From the NCBI RefSeq assembly GCF_009914755.1, contig NC_060934.1: 64,000 nt of DNA. The stretch is one strand, 5' to 3'. Positions 12,730-28,789 of the stretch are shown one piece after another; position 1 is the first letter of the stretch; every line of letters begins with the position of its first letter. The translations under genes were made by a program, and so were the position numbers. Source of the stretch: the human T2T-CHM13v2.0 reference genome, Homo sapiens. The notes beneath the pieces were generated by a model, which was not told the DNA's origin, made no database searches, and worked only from the letters and a program-made list of their open reading frames with translations.

Positions 12730-14975
12730 TTTATGTGACAGTCTAGAAAAGGCAAAACTATAGAAATGGTAAACATATCAGTGGTCACAAGTGGTTTTTG
12801 GAGGGGAAGAATTGAATAGACAAAGCAAATATTTTTTTTAAGTGGTGCAACTATTCTGTATCATTTCACAATGATGGGCAGTTAACTCTATGCATTTATC
12901 AAAACACATAGAACTTTAGAGAAAAAGGAACGAAACCCAATGTATACAATTGAAGCAACAAATAACCCCAAAACGATGAGGTCCAGAGATTCTAGGGTGA
13001 AATGCAGACTGCGATGACAAAATTTAACTTGATAACAAATGTACAAAATAACTTCACTGAAGGGGATGAGTGAAAAGGTTGCTGACATAAATAACTCTGA
13101 AAATGAGTGGAGACACTGAGAAATGTACATAAGCACTGTATTCTAGTTGATAAAGTTGTTTCTCAAGGGAAATAAGTTTTAACACTTTTAAAACCACATC
13201 CAGGTGTGCTGGAACTGAGCCCTGAAGGAGATGGGCCACACGCAGCAGGACTTGAATGATCACTATGGAGGCAGGAGGTTACCAGTGAGGAAAGAAAGCA
13301 GGCTAGAACGATCAACGTGGTCTTGGAACAGAGTTGCAGACATTGGTATAAACTCATGTTTGGCCTCATATAGATAGCACTAAATACACATAGAAACATT
13401 TATGCATATGCTTATTTAAATGGGTTAGTATACACGGGTGTATTCTTTAGCTCTGCCAGCTGAGTGCCCTAAAAGCAGCAACACCGCAGTGGCAACATGC
13501 ACATTCAGCACCCAAATCTTGATTTCTAACACCATTCTCCTGTAAGAGGAACCAGGGCTCCTTAGAGAAACACCTGATTCTATGGTTGGGCAGGAGATAG
13601 ATAAGATGAGCCCAGAGCATCTTGTGATGTCAGAACGTAAGGAAGTTCTCAAAGAAACAAATAAGAAACATTTTGAGTGAAAACATGAACGCAGTCGTAT
13701 TGGATTATAACCCTAAGCACACACTCGTCCACGAGTCCCTGCTGATATACAGAAACTATTAGATAAATTATTAAATTCAGGGAGGGTGAACAAATATCCC
13801 ATGCAGAAGAATTCCAAATAATTTATGTAGATTCTTGGCCCTCATGGAGGTGGGACGCAACGTTTCCCTCCTTAACTGTGGGCTGTGCATAGTGACTTCC
13901 TTCCAAAGAACTCAGTATGGGTGGGGCAAAGGCCAACTTTATAGTGGATAAATCTGAAAACACGACTTTAGCCAGATTACCAATATTGAAATCATGTAAG
14001 GAATGTTGATAGTACTTACCCTCAAAATGAAGTGATGATAACGGCATTTATCTCTGTGACTTCCCAGTCTACTCACAGGGGAAACATCAGACAAGTATCA
14101 GCTGAAGGATATTTTACAAAACCCTGACCTGCAGTCCTCCAGATGGTCATTCTACAAACCCCCGACCAGCAGTCCTCCAGATGGTCATTCTACAAACCCC
14201 CGACCAGCAGTCCTCCAGATGGTCATTCTACAAACCCCTGACCAGCAGTCCTCCAGATGGTCATTCTACAAACCCCCGACCAGCAGTCCTCCAGATGGTC
14301 ATTCTACAAAAACCTCAACCAGCAGTCCTCCAGATGGTCATTCTACAAACCCCCGACCATCAGTTCTCCAGATGGTCATTCTACAAACCCCCGACCGGCA
14401 GTCCTCCAGATGGTCATTCTACAAACCCCCGACCAACAGTCCTCCAGATGGTCATTCTATAAGCCCCGACCAGCAGTCCTCCAGATGGTCATTCTACAAA
14501 CCCCTGACCAGCAGTCCTCCAGATGGTCATTCTATAAACCCCGACCGGCAGTCCTCCAAATGGTCATTCTATAAACCCGACCAGCAGTCCTCCAGAGGGT
14601 CATTCTATAAACTCCCAACCAGCAGTCCTCCAGAGGGTCATTCTATAAACCCCCAACCAGCAGTCCTCCAGATGGTCAAGGTCATCCCACAAGGTCTAAG
14701 AAAGTGTCACAGCCACAAAGAGCCCAAGAGACCTGACTCGTAAATGTCACATGGCACAAAGATAAATTAAAAATTGAGGAAAACTAAATAGAGTATGAAC
14801 TGCAGTTAGTAATCATGTACTAATATCCATTCATGATTGTGACAAATGTACCATACTAATATGTTAGTCACACAGGCTGGTGGGTGTGAAATGTGGCAGT
14901 TATCTGTAATATCATCTGAACTTTCCTGCAAATTTATACCTACCCTACAATTTTCAAAAAAGTTTATTTAAAAAA
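12730..14975 (+). mobile_element. Old L1MC/L1MD 3' region, interrupted by a VNTR
   Basis: aaaaggcaaaactatagaa...tatgcatttatcaaaacacatagaact...aggaaccagggctccttagagaa...aaggtcatc...aaagtgtcacagcca...tgtgacaaatgtaccatactaat. Confidence 0.75.
14112..14678. repeat. ~38-bp VNTR, about 15 copies
   Basis: Unit ttctacaaacccccgaccagcagtcctccagatggtca, highly homogeneous. Confidence 0.97.
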
Positions 14976-14978
14976 TTA

Positions 14979-15303
<325 letters not shown>

Positions 15304-16184
15304 AAAAAGTTAAGGAAACCAAAAGCACAAAGTGGGGAAGTCAGGAAACGTAGCTCGACTGTGGCACAGGATCCGGGTCAGAGGGTGCAACGAGGCCTTG
15401 TTTCTACTTTAATTATGAGTCTGCAGGGGGAGGAGAGTGGGAATTAGTATCTCCACACAGTTCAGGGCATGAAGCAGCACACATGTGTTCTTTCCAGAAC
15501 AAGAAACTGTCTGCTTTGGGGAGCACACACACCGCCCACACCAGCACAGAGCGGAAAGGAGCAATGGCCCCGTGCTCTACGTCATTTGGAATCCCAGGGC
15601 TGACACTTCTGCACTGGGAAAGCGTGGCAGCTGCAAATGACTTTATGCCCACTCTCTCGCAGACACACCTCCTACCTCAGCCCAGACCTAGAACCACAGC
15701 GTGGTCACTGCCAGCGCAGAGCTAGACTAGAAACAACATTTCTTCTCTAATTGGAGTATTGTTAGGCCCTGTGGCTGACTTTCAGAATTCTACTTATTTC
15801 TTAGGCAGGCAGGTAAATAATGCAACTTCAGATTATTGGATAAAACAGAGTTTATATGCAGGCTATCATCACTTTGTTCTTGGACAATTTCATCAGTAAT
15901 TCATGAAATATCCATCTCCACTTTAAAATCTGGGTCATTTCAATGCAATGTGGAACTGTAAACCTCCTGAATCTTATTTTACATGGAATACACTCACCTT
16001 AGAGACTAAAATTTGGCCCCTTTTTATTTTTTAAAAATTGAACTCAACTCGTGTTTAGAGTTCTCTTTCAGCACATAAGGATGTTAGTATCATAGGAAGG
16101 AAGGCCCTGCTCAGACTTGGAATCGGTTTTCCGCTGTTTGGAAAAAAAGAAGAAGGAGTTGTTTTTCTCCACCCCCTTGGCCAT

Positions 16185-16490
16185 CTCCATCTCTCTCTCT
16201 CTCCTTTCCCTCCTTTTCTTTCCATACTCTGTCTCTCCTTTCCCTCCCCTTCCTTCCATCCTCTCTCTCTCCTTTCCTTTCCCTTCCTTCCATCCTCTCT
16301 CTCTCTCCTTTTCCTTCCCTTCCTCCCATCCTCTGTCTCTCCTTTTCCTTCTCTTCCTCCCATCCTCTGTCTCTCCTTTTCCTTCTCTTCCTCCCATCCT
16401 CTGTCTCTCCTTTTCCTTCCCTTCCTTCCAGCCTCTGTCTCTCCTTTTCCTTCCCTTCCTCTCTTCCTCTCTCCCTTCCTTCTTTCTTTC
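16185..16490. repeat. CT-rich polypyrimidine tract with a ~34-bp period
   Basis: tctgtctctccttttccttctcttcctcccatcc-like units. Confidence 0.9.
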
Positions 16491-16741
16491 TGCAGATGCC
16501 TCCCCACAAAGTTGCAGCTCTCTGGCCCTGTGTTACTTTGTGCAGCTGCTGCACAGACGGCCTTGGGACTCTCCTCTGGTTACCTCTCTCTCTTTCCCTC
16601 TCTCAGGAGAGCTCTTAATCAGGTACAGAAGCCATGATGGTCGAAGTCAGCCTTTTGAATGTCTGAAATTGACTTCTCACGTCCCATTAACTCCTATAAG
16701 CCATCATTAATTAGCATTGCTACAGTAATCCTGACCTAGGC

Positions 16742-17165
16742 TGTGCGGTATGTTACATGTGCAGCGTGTTACAGTGTGTCACATGTGCAGTGTGTTGCAG
16801 CGTGTCACATATGCAGTGTGTTGCAGCGTGTTGCAAGTGCAGCATTTTACAGCGTGTTACAGTGTGTTACATGTGCGGTGTGTTGCAGCATGCTACAATG
16901 TGTTACATGTGAAGCATGTTGCAGCATATTACAAGTGCAGCATGTTACAGCATGTTACATCATGTTGCATGTGCAGCGTGTTACAGTGTGTTGCATGTGC
17001 AGTGTGTTACAGCGTGCTGTATGCTCAGCATGTTATAGTGTGCTACAGAGTGTTACAGTGTGTTGCATGTGCAGCGTGTTATAGCATGTTACAACGTGAT
17101 ACAATATGTTGCATGTGCAGTGTGTTACAACATGTTGCATGTGCAGCGTGTTACAGCATGTTGAC
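16742..17165. repeat. Degenerate TG/CA-rich ~10-bp-unit satellite
   Basis: tgttgcag / tgttacag / catgtgcag units. Confidence 0.9.
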
Positions 17166-17334
17166 GTGCACACTGAAGGCACATCTACTCTGCTCTATCA
17201 TAACGGCCTTCGTGCTGAGCCAGGACAACGTCACCGTCAAAAGGAATGCAGGGATTCAGACGGCTTCACTCTTAAGTACTCAAAACACAAGCCATTCCAG
17301 AGCTTAGTTTACAGCGTAATATGTTTCATTTAAA

Positions 17335-17805
17335 CTTTTTATGGTTTCATATACACACAGAAGCAGTAGGAAGAATACAATGAGCTCACGTATAAACATC
17401 ATCCAGCATTGACACCAGCATTTCCCAGTCTTATCTAACGGATTGTACCCCACACTTCTCTATACTTCTCCTTCCTCCCCAACACTCTTCCTCCCTTCCT
17501 CCCATCTTCCTTTTTTCCTTTCTTTCTTTCCCTCTCTTTTTTTCTATTGTTGGAATACTTAAAACAAACCTTGGACAGCATGTCATTTAACCCACAAATA
17601 CTTTTCTATGCATGTCTAATTGAAAATATTATGATATGTAGCTGATTAGTAGAACAATCATATCATTATCACACCTAAAAGAATTTTAAAAAGAATCCTT
17701 AAAGTCATTCATGAGCCTGTCTATGTCCAAATGTTTTAATTATCTCATATAAATGTATTTTTTAAATATTTGGTTTATACAAGTTAGGATCCAAAAAAGG
17801 TATGA
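17335..17805 (-). mobile_element. L1MC4/5-like 3' end
   Basis: catgtcatttaacccacaaatact...cattatcacacctaa...aggatccaaa. Confidence 0.55.
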
Positions 17806-18331
17806 ATAATAAGCCCTATTTCATTGACTGAAGAACCTAAAATATCATATACACGCTGCTTTCTTCTTATTCATGTGTAGTCTCATTTACATAAGAATAA
17901 TTTCTGAAGCAGTATTTGCCTCTTCCTTCTTTCAGAGATGGAAGGATTGTGCCTGATAAATCCTGAAACTGTACAGTTAATTATAAACGTCTTCACCCTA
18001 TCATACCTATTGCTTCTGAAATCGTATTTTTATCATTTTTTACTCCAAAGACAGACCCTGATTATATTTAAATGTATAAAGTCCACTTCAGAGGTGAGTT
18101 AAAATGAATGAAGATAGAAGAGGGGAGATGCCTGGTTGAAAATAAAAGAAAAGAGGGAGGAATCAATATTTATTGAAAATGTTTGGCCATCATAGTGTTA
18201 GAAAAAAATTTATAGGTTTTGTAAAAAATATATACACTTTTTAATATAAGAAAACTGAAAAAGTTGTTAATTCTCTTTCCTGAGACAGGGTTTTGTGTTA
18301 GCTAAAAACTCAGGATGTTGAAAGATAAAGA

Positions 18332-18739
18332 TAGAAAGTCTCTGATTTACAATGGTTACACTTACTAATTTTCACCTTTAAGTTGTGCAAAAGCAATGCA
18401 CATTTAGTGGAAACCAAACTCCAGATTTTGAATGATGATCTTTTCCAGGGCTGACGATGTGGGGGGTGATACTCTCTGGCTGTGCTGAACAGGGCAGTGA
18501 CAGCGGCTCCTGGTCAGCCAGCTGGCCTTGAGGGTCTACACCGATCCTCTCCAGGGCACGGTGTTGCCAGGTTTCTCCCAACAGTAGGAGAACGTAAGTG
18601 TTCTGAGCACTTTCACCGCAGGCCAGGCTAACTATGATGTGTGGTAGGTTCAACATATTAAATCCTTTTTTAATGACGTATTTTCAACTTAGGATGGGTT
18701 TATCTGGTCATAACCCCATTCTAAGTTGAGAATCATCTG
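18332..18739 (-). mobile_element. Tigger3 (MER7/Golem)-derived DNA transposon
   Basis: gtaagtgttctgagcact...ggctaactatgatgt...tcaacttaggatgggtttatc...aaccccattctaagttgag...catctg; degenerate TIRs at both ends. Confidence 0.82.
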
Positions 18740-18937
18740 GATTCAGTTTGATCTTAGGTCTGTCGATTTGAAAATTTTAGTTAACTTCCTTAAACCTGAC
18801 TTCTTTATCTAAAACAGAGGTGGCAAATGTATCTACCTCAAGGAATAGATGCTATCTTTAACTGAGGTAATTTGTGTAGTTGACTAATCAGATTGTAAAG
18901 GGTTGATAAGTGATGTCACTGTCACGGTGGGGTCTTA

Positions 18938-19292
<355 letters not shown>

Positions 19293-19429
19293 TCAAAAAA
19301 GCAGAGGCCAGGTCTTTTGCAGAGCAAGTCCCAAGTCCTCTCGGACAGCTTTGGGTCTCTGCAGCTTCCCAGTCCCTCGAGGCTCATAATAAATGCGTTC
19401 AGGGCTCTCCCAGGGCTCATTTGTTTTAG

Positions 19430-19997
<568 letters not shown>

Positions 19998-20264
19998 AGA
20001 GAGAGGACTTTTATACTCGGAGAGGGCAATGACCATGGGCCCTGGAGGTTCCTAAACAAGAACCTTTTCATCCATCTTGGGAAGTCCTCCAAGAGTCCTC
20101 ATCAACAACACACTGTTCTCCTCAAGAACTGGATATCAGCATGGAGTTCATCTCCAGGCAGAAGTCCAGACATGGGGCTCTACGAGGCTGTGGCTGAGGT
20201 GAGCAGCAGGATGGCAGGTGTGAGCCCTTGGAATGTGGCAGCATTCCCAACGGGAGCTACAGAC

Positions 20265-21550
<1,286 letters not shown>

Positions 21551-22512
21551 TCCCTTGTGAGAACTGACTCCTCACTGGGCACTCAGACCTTACTCTCGCC
21601 AACCAAGGTGTAGGAACAAGTACTCCACAGGAGGGTTGTCCCTGGGGTGGCATTCCACCTGAAGGTAAGGAAGACCCCCGTGGGCATCTCGGATGACGCG
21701 CAGGCTCCTGCAGCTTCTATCAAAAGCTATCCTCATAAAAACTCTGTGAAGTAAATATCCGAGGGCTCCTTTCATTTAGAGATTGAATTTTATTGATGCT
21801 AACATCAATGTTCTTGTATTTCAGCTGTATAATTCTAAGAGCTCAGGTTCCATTCAACATATCTATCAGCAATTCCAGAATGTTGTTCATGGTAACTCAG
21901 CTCTACCCCACCTGCTGCCATCTTCTGTGAAATGCATGTCCAAGCCAGGGCTGCTATTTTATTATGACCCGAAAATGCTCGGGCTGCGTTCTGGACCCAA
22001 ACAGAAACAAGGGTCTCCTAGCTCCCTGCACCTGGGGCTAAGGCTCTGCTCCTGCCGATGCCACTGTCTCAGTGCTAGTGCTACAAGACCTCAGGCTCTC
22101 TACTCCATTAGAACAAAAAGCCTGAAAAACAGCAGAGAAACGACCAGCTTAGCCTTACAAACACCCACATTGTGCATTCTTGTTTGAAATCAACTAGGAA
22201 ATGGCAACAAGAAGGGAAGGCCATGATAAATAGAAACATCTGTATTTTATTATTACACTGTGAATAATATTACATATTAGTGTCCTCAGTTATAACTTTA
22301 TGGCTCTCAAATAAATCTTCTTCCTTACTGTCATATTAAATAGGATGATACTTTTATCTGCTCAGTGTTTGGAGTTCGTGAAGTTTGGCTTTATGAAATT
22401 CCATTAGATAGTATATCATTAACACAAAAATCACTGGCTTTTAAGCACCATTGATCCACAAAACAACATACATTTGAAATTCCGTGAAAGTACAACATGA
22501 TATGGTATAAAC

Positions 22513-22800
<288 letters not shown>

Positions 22801-23567
22801 TAGTATAAACATTTTTATTGCATCAAACGTGCCTATTCTATATAAAGCCTGCAAGTGTTCCCACATAACACCCATGTGGCTTAGGGAACCCGTTCATTTA
22901 TAAACTCGATCGGAGACAGCTTATTCTTTGCCTATATCCTTATATCACGTGACTCCAGATACGAAATATTAAAGAGCTGTCACAGTGACTTTTTATTAGC
23001 ACACTGTATGATAATGTAGGATGTAAATGAGCAAACCCTGTTAACATTTCAAAAAGATATTTAGGACCTAAGTCAACCACTTTTTAAATGTTCTGAGCAG
23101 AGTTTGTCTTTTTCTGTCTGTCCTTGTACATCTTAATTTTCTGTCTGTTCTTTTAATCCCAGCTAATTAGGGTATTTCACTGCCATGTAACGCTGGCCCC
23201 TTAAGCTGAGCTTGTAATTACAATGAGGAGGCAATGTTCCATAATTGCAGATTGTGGGTTAACTGGTAATTCCTCATATAGCATGCTTCCGGGTGAAGAT
23301 TGACACTGCAGTTGTTGACTTCCTTCACAGGACAGAGGGCTTAACTGTTCATCAAGGTTTACATCCCTCAGAATGCTACATAAGATATTCTGCTGCTCTG
23401 ATATCTTAGATTGTCTCAGTGAGAAGAAGAAAAACAGGGAAGGTATCATGGAGAAAGTGTCTTCATCTCTGTTCAAAAATAGATTTTATATTAGAACATT
23501 TATCTCATACATCTGCATATAATGCATTTGGAACAACTGAATGATTTATTTATTAAAGACAATTCTG

Positions 23568-23853
23568 GGCCAGGCATAATCGCTCATACCTGTAATACCA
23601 GTGCTTTGGGAGGCCTAGGTGGGAGGATCATTTGAGGCCAAGAGTTCCAGACCAGCCTGGGAAATATAAGGAGAACCCACTTCTACAAAAAAAGTTAAAC
23701 TATCTGCATGTGGTGGTGTCCGCACCTGTAATCCCACAGAGGCTGAGATTGGAAGAACACTGGAGCCTAGGACTTTGAGGCTGCAGTGAGCTATGATGGC
23801 ACCATTGCACTCCAGCCTGGGTGACAGAGCAAGACCCTGCCTCTCTAAAGAGA
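23568..23853 (+). mobile_element. AluJ
   Basis: J-type gaggctgcagtgagctatgat and gcaagaccctg; TSD aaagacaattct. Confidence 0.93.
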
Positions 23854-23982
23854 AAAGACAATTCTAGCACACACACACTATTTTAAATAAAATTATTTAT
23901 CTTTCTCCCAACATTTATTTGCAGAGAAAGAGAGAGAGAGAAAGGGAGAAACAGGGAGCAGGAATGACATACATTGGCTTAA

Positions 23983-24462
<480 letters not shown>

Positions 24463-26411
24463 TAAGCGATGAAGTAACTCTTGCCTTCTCCTTCCCTTCT
24501 TTGCGCCCCACAATCCAGCCCGAGTTCATTTCCATCCTCACTTCCTCTGACTGCGGGGTGCACACTTCCTTCCTTCCTACTCTCACCTCCTCCCTCAAGA
24601 TTAAGGTACCCCTCACCTTCTAACTGTGTGTTTTGCCATACTCTCCAACATGCATATGGAACTCATTTTTAACTAAAGACATCTTATATCACCTCAAAGA
24701 AAATTTACATTAAATATCCACTTATAATCTTCCTGAAGAGTCTGTTGGTTTGAACTGCAATGCTGTTTGAGTAAAACTTTTGAAAGCTTGATAATAATTG
24801 ATTGCTCAAGATAGTAGTGGCTGCCATATCACCCCCACATCAGTGGGCTGCCATGGAGCTCAGGTTTGTCCACAGTTGTTCCAGCCAAAAATACACCTTA
24901 AATCACTGAACACATGTCACTAATGAGGTCAGATGGTTATCTGGCACTGCAATGCCTCAGACCCAATGTACCCACTCAGATTATTAAAGTGCCCCATCTA
25001 AAATGCTTTAACCTCTTATTTGAAGCAATAAGAAAAAATGGGTGTGGAAATCTGTATTTAGCTTTCTGTGAAAATTTGACCATTGTTTCACAGCCCCATT
25101 ATGCCAAGTGCAGGGCTCACAGCAACATCAACGGCACCGTTAGGGCATGTTGTGAGGAATGCACAATCCTGGGCTCTTCTGTGGACCCCTGAGTCAGGGT
25201 CTTCACTGGGTCTACAACCCCAGGATGAGTGTGCCAGTGAGCCTTGGAGAAGCTCAGCCCTGCAGCGCTGCCCCCACATCCCAAAGACGGAAAGGACAAT
25301 GTTGTCATCATTTGGCTTAATTTCACAATTTTGGTAAAAGTCATTACAGCCCTTTGAAAGACTTGGTCGTGCTAGCTCATAATTTCAGTTCTGGCTTCTA
25401 AATGTCATTCCAAAGATTGGCTCAAAAAAATCCAAATGAAGAATATGACATTCAGAGGACTTGTTCCATTCGTTGCGTTTCTCTCAACTCTAAGAGCTTT
25501 ATTTTTAGATGAATAATTGCATCCTTTGTACTGAGAACAAATTAATAACCACTTGCATTTAGCAATTTCAATTTCACCACTGGAAGGGCTCATGTACCCA
25601 GTCAGAGCGGAAGATCGCGGTGACAATTAGTTAAATTTAGCTGGCCTCGTGGAAAAACCCCACTTTCCAAGGGCAGTTGTTAAATGAGGACATTTGGGTT
25701 ACTAGGCAAATATTAAATTAGATGAGTTTGCAGAAGCCATAAACATGTTATTCCAGAGCCCTACAAGAAGATAATAGAAGTAATAACAAATAGGCTTTGA
25801 AATCACATTTTAATTAGACAAACTGTTTTACACAGAAATCCTGACACAGCACCAGCTATGGGGCCATGATGCAAGTTAACCATATAGCTATGAACCAGTC
25901 TATTCGGAAATAAAAATGTACCACTTAATAAGCAGTTTTGCTCAAAACAACGACTTCCATAAATCATTATAACTAGAATAATATTGAATTGGGAATGTGC
26001 CCTATTTGACTTTATTATTATTTAACATTATCTCTGGATACTGTAACAAAGTTCCATTTTATAGATGTGTTTTTCAGTAATATGAAAATGTAATAAACTG
26101 AAAAGTTCATCATCCAAGTACTTGATTTACCACTTCAGAGATGGTGAGGGGAGGGTTGCTGGAGCAGGGACCCTGAAAAGAGAATACGCTCTGAGATGCA
26201 GCTAAAGCTGTCCCTGCACTTGTTCAGTGGGTTTTCAGTGCTAATTTCTGCATGCACATCTTCCTTGAACTGCTAACTTTTCTATTTTTGTCTCTCTTCC
26301 TCTAGGTGAGACCACGGTCCTGAATTTCAGGGCAGGTGTGCACTACTTTGCCTTTGTCTCCAGAGCACTTCATTCTACTCCCACCACCAGCTCTTGCAGA
26401 TCTTCTGTCAC

Positions 26412-26768
26412 TGATATAGTTTGGCTGTGTCCCCTTCCAAGTCTCATCTTGAATTCCCATGTGTTGTGGGAGGGAGCCGGTGGGACGTAATTGAGTCATG
26501 TGGGAAAGTCTTTCCTGTGTTGTTCTTGTGATAGTGAGTAAGTCTCACGAGATCTGATGGTTACTATAAGGTGATGTTTCCCTGCACAAGCTCTCTCTCT
26601 TTGCCTGGTGCCACCCATGTAAGATGTAACTGGCTCCTCTTTGCCTTCCACCATGATTATGAGGCTTCACCAGCCACATGGAACTGTAAGCCCAGTAAAC
26701 CTCTTTCATTTGTAAATTGCCCAGTCTTGGACATGTCTTTATCAGCAGCATGAAAACGGACTGATACA
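26412..26768 (+). mobile_element. THE1A-like solo LTR
   Basis: TG...CA termini, gaattcccatgtgttgtgggaggg, perfect 5-bp TSD gtcac. Confidence 0.95.
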
Positions 26769-27638
26769 GTCACCTTAGGAAGAACCTGTCACTGGCAGAT
26801 GATTCTCCTGGTCATCTGGGAGATGGCAGAGCTCCCTTACTTCCTGCACTATTCGCTGTTCTCAGGGGAACCCTGGGAAACACAAAGGCCCCTTGAAAGG
26901 CTGTCCCTCTCCCGGCATGGCTGGGAGTTGGGAGATGGACAAATGCTGCAACCAGAAGTGATTTCAGTTACTTCTAAAGGCACAAAGAGGGAGGGAAGAT
27001 ATGAGAGGAATCCAAACAGCTAAAGTTAAGCAAGTATTGCTCACAGTGAAATCGCAAGCCTTGCAGACCCCATGTGGAGTGTGAGCTCTGAGGCTGGCGG
27101 CCTTCAGAACAGATCAGCTGCAGGGGAAACCTGTGTGTGCAGAAAAGCTCGAGTGAAGATGCAGGAAAGTCTCACAACAACCAAGTACAAATCTCCCCGG
27201 CCACAACAAATCAATGGCATTGTTAAACTTGGAAATAATCCATCCCAGCTTTCATATCACCTGTCTCTGTGCCGACTGGCTGCTGGCTGCTCTGTCTTCC
27301 TATACAACCATGCTGCACAAGCAGCCCTGAGGCTCCGATGTAAACAAATAAACATACATTCATAAAAATGCGATTTAGAAATGTTCTGAGGCACGTCCTG
27401 TAGAATACTGTCCATCAATTACCATTCTCTTTCTTCAGATCAACGATGCCTCTTAGAAAACATGGCATGACCAAGAAGCTGATCCCCAAAACAAAAAGCT
27501 AGTTCAACACTGAAAAATGTATATTGCATTTATTATTTTAGCTAACTAAATCGCATATTTTCATCTCTATAGATGCAGAAAAAGAATCATAGGCTTGATA
27601 CAATTTAATATTCATTCAAAGTTTAAAAAGCTCATTTG

Positions 27639-27983
<345 letters not shown>

Positions 27984-28789
27984 TTACCTTACAAAAGGTA
28001 AGTCCAAAAAACTTTTTGGCAAAATCATACTCAAAGGAAAAATGATAAAATTGAGATGCTTAAACACTGGAAATATGACAAGAGCACTATCTCTTACCAC
28101 TTCACATTACACTAGATCTCTAGTGCTGCCATAAAACTAGAAACATAAATCGCAGAATCGTGGAGGAAATACTGAACACCGTAATGAACTCATCTTTAAA
28201 TTGTTCTATAATTCAACAAAATACCAAACTCCCAACAAGGGAGGTTTTTTCTTTGTTTTGTGTGTTTTTTTAAGGTTTCTCTGAGGATATTGACAAGTAG
28301 ATTCCCAAATTTTATATGGAAAAAATATGGCTCAGATACAGTGAAGACACTGCTGACCTTGAAGATGAATGCGAAGTATGTCAGACATGACATTGTGCAT
28401 TGCTGGAGAATGGAAGGGAATGACAGTTTCACATGGGAAGAATAAACAATCAGTTTTTCTATTTAGGCAAATTAGTTAGAAATTGGAAATCTAATATATT
28501 AAAAACCTAAATGTAAATGGCTAAAGATTAAACTGTTATAGAAAAAAAAAAAACAGATGAATTCTTTAGGAGCTTGGGGTAATGCATTAGGTAGGCTGAA
28601 AAGGTTATATTGTGTTAACAAATAATCCCCACATGCAAGCACTTTTCCCCATTGCTTGTTTAATTCTCCTGCACACAACGTCTGCTCCTTGTCCTAGTGA
28701 CTCCCCAGGGGTCAGTGTCCTCAAAGGGCAGCACAGCCATGCAAGCGGACTGGACGGAGATGCAAAGTCTCACATTTTCATCAAGTGCC

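Noticed and set aside
16055-16710. Long Arg/Glu/Gly- or Ser/Leu/Pro-rich ORFs
   Set aside because: A low-complexity CT/GA tract lacks stop codons by composition.
16743-17307. Cys-rich ORFs resembling metallothionein or keratin-associated proteins
   Set aside because: They are translations of a TG/CA simple repeat that is open in more than one frame.
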